Shown piece by piece: positions 60,280 to 64,000 of a DNA stretch of 64,000 bases. Source of the stretch: a virus. Both the position numbers and the translations under genes were made by a program. The stretch is taken from the IMG/VR virus record IMGVR_UViG_3300045988_135886; one strand, written 5' to 3'. The notes under the pieces were generated by a model. The model was not told where the DNA came from and searched no databases. It was given only the letters and a program-made list of their open reading frames with translations. Within the stretch, counting starts at the first letter, position 1. Every line of letters begins with the position of its first letter.

Positions 60280-60687
60280 CTATAAATCCTGAAATGTAAA
60301 CTTCTCGCCACAGGAGCAAATCACTTCTCCAATAGTTCCTATTGATGTTGGTGTAAAGCACCATGTAAGAGAACCGCCTATGCAACCATGTCCCATTGCT
60401 CTCTGTTTAGAAGTTTTCAGACCATGTTTCTCAGCATCATGTTTTAATTCCCACTCTCTGATTTTCTCTTGTTCTTTTTCTGAAATTGGAAATCCTCTAT
60501 ATAAATCGTCTTTTGCTTCTTTTAACTCAGCTTCCATTCTTTGCATTTCAGAATCTTTATAATGCTCATCTTTGAGCTTCTTGTTTTCTTCTTCTAAGTA
60601 TTTAATTCGTTTTTCATAAGTGTCTACTTTATCAACAATCCCCTGACAAAGATCTGAAACTGAATCAGTAAAATATGTACTACTCAT
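60280..60687 (-). CDS. Coiled-coil protein with a C-terminal Cys/Gly motif
   Basis: An N-terminal coiled coil. The C-terminal 'GHGCIGGSLTWCFTPTSIGTIGEVICSCGEKFTF' is unassigned. Confidence 0.35.
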   Translation of the reverse strand: MSSTYFTDSVSDLCQGIVDKVDTYEKRIKYLEEENKKLKDEHYKDSEMQRMEAELKEAKDDLYRGFPISEKEQEKIREWELKHDAEKHGLKTSKQRAMGHGCIGGSLTWCFTPTSIGTIGEVICSCGEKFTFQDL

Positions 60688-60704
60688 TTTTTATACCTCC
60701 ATAT

Positions 60705-61178
60705 CTACTCCATAAATGATGAAACATGTACGGTTACAAAATCACTATGTGCACGAATATAATCCAAAGTTTTAACTGTATCTTCTACAATTGCAATCTG
60801 AGATGGCTTAAGTCCGAGCTTTTGTTGCAGCGTTTGAAGCACAGTAAGTTTTTCTGTCTTTTCTAAAGTGAAATAGATATTATCATCTGGCAGATCATAA
60901 TTGTCTTTTATAAAAGCTCTTTTACCAGGAATTTCATTTAAAGGACTCTTTGAACAGGTATATACTTTATTCACGCCTTTATTCTGAATAAACTCCTGCA
61001 TTAATTTGATCGGACGCACATCTTTATACGGATTCTCACCGGAAGCTACAAGTCTGTCCCATTCATCGTCAGTCATACTATGACTTAATTCAGAAAACTC
61101 ATACGGAGCAAGTACTCCATCTACATCCATTACTACAATCACATCATCTTTTAATAAATAATCTGTAATTTTACTCAT
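60705..61178 (-). CDS. HAD-superfamily phosphatase / 5'(3')-nucleotidase-like
   Basis: The 'VVMDVDGVLA' DxDG motif I at the N-terminus. The size (157 aa) fits a small cap-less HAD or NT5C-like enzyme. Confidence 0.5.
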   Translation of the reverse strand: MSKITDYLLKDDVIVVMDVDGVLAPYEFSELSHSMTDDEWDRLVASGENPYKDVRPIKLMQEFIQNKGVNKVYTCSKSPLNEIPGKRAFIKDNYDLPDDNIYFTLEKTEKLTVLQTLQQKLGLKPSQIAIVEDTVKTLDYIRAHSDFVTVHVSSFME

Positions 61179-62646
61179 CTTTGTTTCTTCCGTTTAATCT
61201 GTCTCTGATTTCTTTAAATATTTCTGTATGATATATTTCACCGTCTTTAAATACAGTTTTTAATGCCCCATCATAAACAAAGCTGTCATATCCATCTCTG
61301 CACCTTAATTCTCCATTTTCATCGTAATATACATGACAACATCCTTTATGAGATTTCTTTAAATGGCTTACATCTGTCTTTGGATCTTTGTAAATCATAA
61401 TCGGTTGTCCGTTAACTTCTCCAAATGTAGCTTTCATAGCAATGCCGAACATATCTCTGGTTACAACGACCATACGTCCATCAGGTTCTACAACTGCCGA
61501 GAAACAAAAAGCCCCAACTCCAAATACAATGTTGTTTGCAGCGAATCCTTTCTTCTCAAGTTCTTCCCATACCTTTTTTACATTGTTAAGAGTACAGCCA
61601 TCACCATAGATAATTCCAATATGAGGGTCCAGTACTTTGTAACCTTTGCTATTTACTGATCCTTTAAATGTATTCCAGAGTTTTTCGATAGTCTTAACTG
61701 AAATCTCTACCATATCACCAGAATCCGGACGAACCAAGAGCTTACCATTGTGCTGCATAATTTCTTTTTTGCAAGCTGGAAGAATATTGTCAATCATGTT
61801 CCAGTAATCATATGTATCAGATACCATGCTGAAAGATGCATTCGGATATAATTCTGTAAGTAGTCTTTTCACAAATGTAATTTCGTCTCCGTCCACAGCA
61901 TAATTTGAAGCCATGACCGCATGTTCGGTAGAAATCGCACCAATTCCAATATGACTCACGCTACAGTCATTGAAATAATATTTGTCCAAATAATCAATTG
62001 CCGGGATCGTACTTGTCTTATCAAAGGATAATAGCCAAGCAACGGAGCATCTCTCTGCTTCTTCCATACAGGACATTCCACGCATTCCAAAGTCTGAGCA
62101 GGCCATTTCAGGTCTTAAAATGTCGTCGCAGGTCTTTTTATAGTAGAAATTTGCCAGTTCTCTGTACATATGTCCAATTGTTGCATGAGCACACGGCTTC
62201 CAAAGCTCAACCTGCAGAATACACTCAATCCACTGCACAACCCATGCAAAATCTGGATGTGTATTCGTGATTTCAATGCATGGCACTCCCATAGGCACTA
62301 ATGTACCTTCCGGCAATGCACGGATCTGAATCGGAAGATACCCTAATTCGTGAAGTTTAAGGATTGGAGAAATATCGTAATTTCCTTCTCCTAACTGAAT
62401 GTCCATACTAATTGTATAAAGTTCTTGAACTTCATCAGTGCTTAATTTAAAGAAATCTCTTTTAAAATATGTAATAAGATATTCTTTAATAAAAGCCTGC
62501 AGTCCGAAGAAAACCATATGATCCTGCTCCTTTAACATTGATCTTCTCGGAGTCCAATAAGAGACTAACTTCGTCAATCCTCTCGGAAACATATTGTGGT
62601 GTACTTGTTTGTAAGTATCGCTTAACAGAATTGCTAAGGTATCCAT
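61171..62646 (-). CDS. Nicotinamide phosphoribosyltransferase family protein (NAMPT/NadV-like; could be a NARP1 Namat)
   Basis: The size (491 aa) and 'LLSDTYKQVHHNMFP', 'FGMRGMS', 'SDTYDYW', 'VRPDSGD' and 'IIYGDG' follow the NAMPT pattern. Confidence 0.7.
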   Translation of the reverse strand: MDTLAILLSDTYKQVHHNMFPRGLTKLVSYWTPRRSMLKEQDHMVFFGLQAFIKEYLITYFKRDFFKLSTDEVQELYTISMDIQLGEGNYDISPILKLHELGYLPIQIRALPEGTLVPMGVPCIEITNTHPDFAWVVQWIECILQVELWKPCAHATIGHMYRELANFYYKKTCDDILRPEMACSDFGMRGMSCMEEAERCSVAWLLSFDKTSTIPAIDYLDKYYFNDCSVSHIGIGAISTEHAVMASNYAVDGDEITFVKRLLTELYPNASFSMVSDTYDYWNMIDNILPACKKEIMQHNGKLLVRPDSGDMVEISVKTIEKLWNTFKGSVNSKGYKVLDPHIGIIYGDGCTLNNVKKVWEELEKKGFAANNIVFGVGAFCFSAVVEPDGRMVVVTRDMFGIAMKATFGEVNGQPIMIYKDPKTDVSHLKKSHKGCCHVYYDENGELRCRDGYDSFVYDGALKTVFKDGEIYHTEIFKEIRDRLNGRNKDE

Positions 62647-63035
62647 TATTTTTTATCCTCCTCTTTGTCGTTTACAACTTTGTCAATCTGGTCAGTAATA
62701 TAATCAACTACATCTTTGCCGGTTTTCCCAATCGCTTGTATATTATCTGTAGTTACATTATCTAATACAATCATTGTATACATTGTGTCTTTCGATGGAA
62801 TTACTGTAAAAAGTAAACTACTAATACAAAACCAAATAATCGATTTCTTTAAATACTTTTTGCATTTAATAATTAAATTATCATCTATATTATATCCCAT
62901 AAAACATGAAAACCGAATAATTAACAAAACCACTATTGCACATCCAAGTGAAAACAATACAACACTAAGCAATACATTTAAATTATCAAACAAATTAATC
63001 AAATAAATCAACCAAGGGTTAATAATTGGTTTCAT
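62646..63035 (-). CDS. Membrane protein
   Basis: Three hydrophobic helices. 1-nt overlap with the NAMPT-like start. Confidence 0.45.
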   Translation of the reverse strand: MKPIINPWLIYLINLFDNLNVLLSVVLFSLGCAIVVLLIIRFSCFMGYNIDDNLIIKCKKYLKKSIIWFCISSLLFTVIPSKDTMYTMIVLDNVTTDNIQAIGKTGKDVVDYITDQIDKVVNDKEEDKK

Positions 63036-63154
63036 AGTTTCTCATCTCCTTTATAATTTTATCAACTTCATATTCTCTTAAAATATCATCCACATCTTCT
63101 GTATGAGAATATCTATTAATGTATCTATATGTAGCAATTTCATAATCCATTGAT

Positions 63155-63361
63155 TCAATCTTCCCATTTGTATGTTTCTGTACAGTAATCTGGTAATTCT
63201 CTTAATGGACATAATTTAGGAATCGTTGAATGTTCTTTCCTTTTTAAAGAATTAATGTATTTATTTAATAATTGGCAATAATATCCATACGTTTCTAATT
63301 CTGAAAATGGGCATTCGTCACATGAATTAGGTTCTTCTATAATCAACATAACTTTACTCAT
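63155..63361 (-). CDS. Small Cys-containing protein
   Basis: 'CDECPF....YYCQL....CPL' suggests a possible Zn-binding protein. Confidence 0.35.
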   Translation of the reverse strand: MSKVMLIIEEPNSCDECPFSELETYGYYCQLLNKYINSLKRKEHSTIPKLCPLRELPDYCTETYKWED

Positions 63362-63413
63362 TATTGCTTTCTCCTGTAATTTCTCTTAAGCAAATACTTA
63401 TATCATCTAACCT

Positions 63414-64000
63414 TTATCTAAACCTCTCAATCAGTTCAATCTTAGGACTTTCCAGATTTGTCAGAATCGTATCTGTCGTATAAATCTTCTCAATCAATCC
63501 ATTGTTTTTCAAAAGCTCACCGTCATAAATCGTGTTCTCGCAATGAGTTACATAGAGATAAATCTTATTCACTCCTGCTTCTTTTAGTTTCTTAGCACTA
63601 TAATAAAAAGTACCGCCTTTGCTGCAGATATCATCTACAATAAGGATATCTTTACCTGGTAACTGATCAATTTCACCTGATAAATCTAAACCTTTAATCT
63701 CTCCAGTTTCCCAATCTCTATTCTTAATACCAAAAGTATATGGAAGATGTACTGCTGAAGAATATCGCTTCATGGATCCCGCATCCGGATAAAACATCAT
63801 AAGATTATTACTCGCAATCTTCTTAACAGTATCCTCAATCATTCGATTCGGGGATTCTACATGTACTTTATTAAATAATGCGGCAGATACATCAGAATGC
63901 GGATCTAAAACTTCTACTCTTCCAAAATGTAATGAATTAATAGTCTGAGCAAAATATTTTAAAGTAAATAATTCGTTCTCATGTTTAACTCGGTCCATAC
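63414..64000 (-). CDS. Ribose-phosphate pyrophosphokinase (Prs)-like protein, C-terminal part; 5' end probably beyond the window
   Basis: 'VEVLDPHSD' and the PRPP-loop 'ILIVDDICSKGGTF' match the second half of Prs-family enzymes. The segment seen aligns only from about residue 100 of a typical Prs. Confidence 0.6.
   Translation of the reverse strand, partial: MDRVKHENELFTLKYFAQTINSLHFGRVEVLDPHSDVSAALFNKVHVESPNRMIEDTVKKIASNNLMMFYPDAGSMKRYSSAVHLPYTFGIKNRDWETGEIKGLDLSGEIDQLPGKDILIVDDICSKGGTFYYSAKKLKEAGVNKIYLYVTHCENTIYDGELLKNNGLIEKIYTTDTILTNLESPKIELIERFR

Overview
The window looks like part of a large, low-GC phage genome that encodes an integrase. Strong AAGGAGG-type Shine-Dalgarno (SD) sites suggest a Firmicutes/Clostridia-like host. 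The genome appears to be in its non-integrated arrangement, because phage genes flank the attP/integrase region on both sides.

Layout:
(1) nt 1-18.8 kb, + strand: late/virion module. It contains an LRR receptor-binding protein, several fibre proteins, two very large glycine-rich (ALK-type Gly-rich domain) proteins, two small ORFs, a radical SAM/SPASM enzyme, a GH25+CHAP+SH3 endolysin and a membrane-anchored protein.
(2) nt 18.8-21 kb: a small reverse-strand gene, an attP-like region (5' fragment of a tRNA-Arg(CCG) flanked by 11-bp-phased repeats), a tyrosine integrase (+) and an Xis-like HTH gene (-).
(3) nt 21-48 kb, - strand: nucleotide metabolism (dNMP/guanylate-kinase-like, ThyX-like, dUTPase, class II RNR, deoxyribosyltransferase) and replication/recombination (RecD-like helicase, DnaE, Cas4-like nuclease, primase, DnaB-like helicase, Sak4-like ATPase, SSB-like), followed by RNA ligase, HD and metallophosphoesterase genes.
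(4) nt 48-64 kb, - strand: accessory region. It encodes SPFH, NADAR, a PspA-like/TerD/vWA/P-type ATPase run, a nucleotidyltransferase, two 'TNSSSSS' paralogues, NadE, a macro domain, HAD, a NAMPT-like gene and a Prs-like gene.

Main observations:
- The second glycine-rich virion protein starts with about 210 aa in which Cys occurs every fourth residue (52 Cys). It lies three genes upstream of the radical SAM/SPASM enzyme. Together these look like a RiPP-style 'CXXX-repeat' maturation system acting on a structural protein.
- That radical SAM gene is interrupted by a LAGLIDADG intein exactly inside its CX3CX2C cluster motif.
- dnaE is split by a group-I-like intron carrying a second LAGLIDADG endonuclease.
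- The right-hand accessory region combines a Ca2+/membrane-stress module with an NAD+/ADP-ribose counter-defence island.

All functional calls come from motif recognition by eye. No database search was run.
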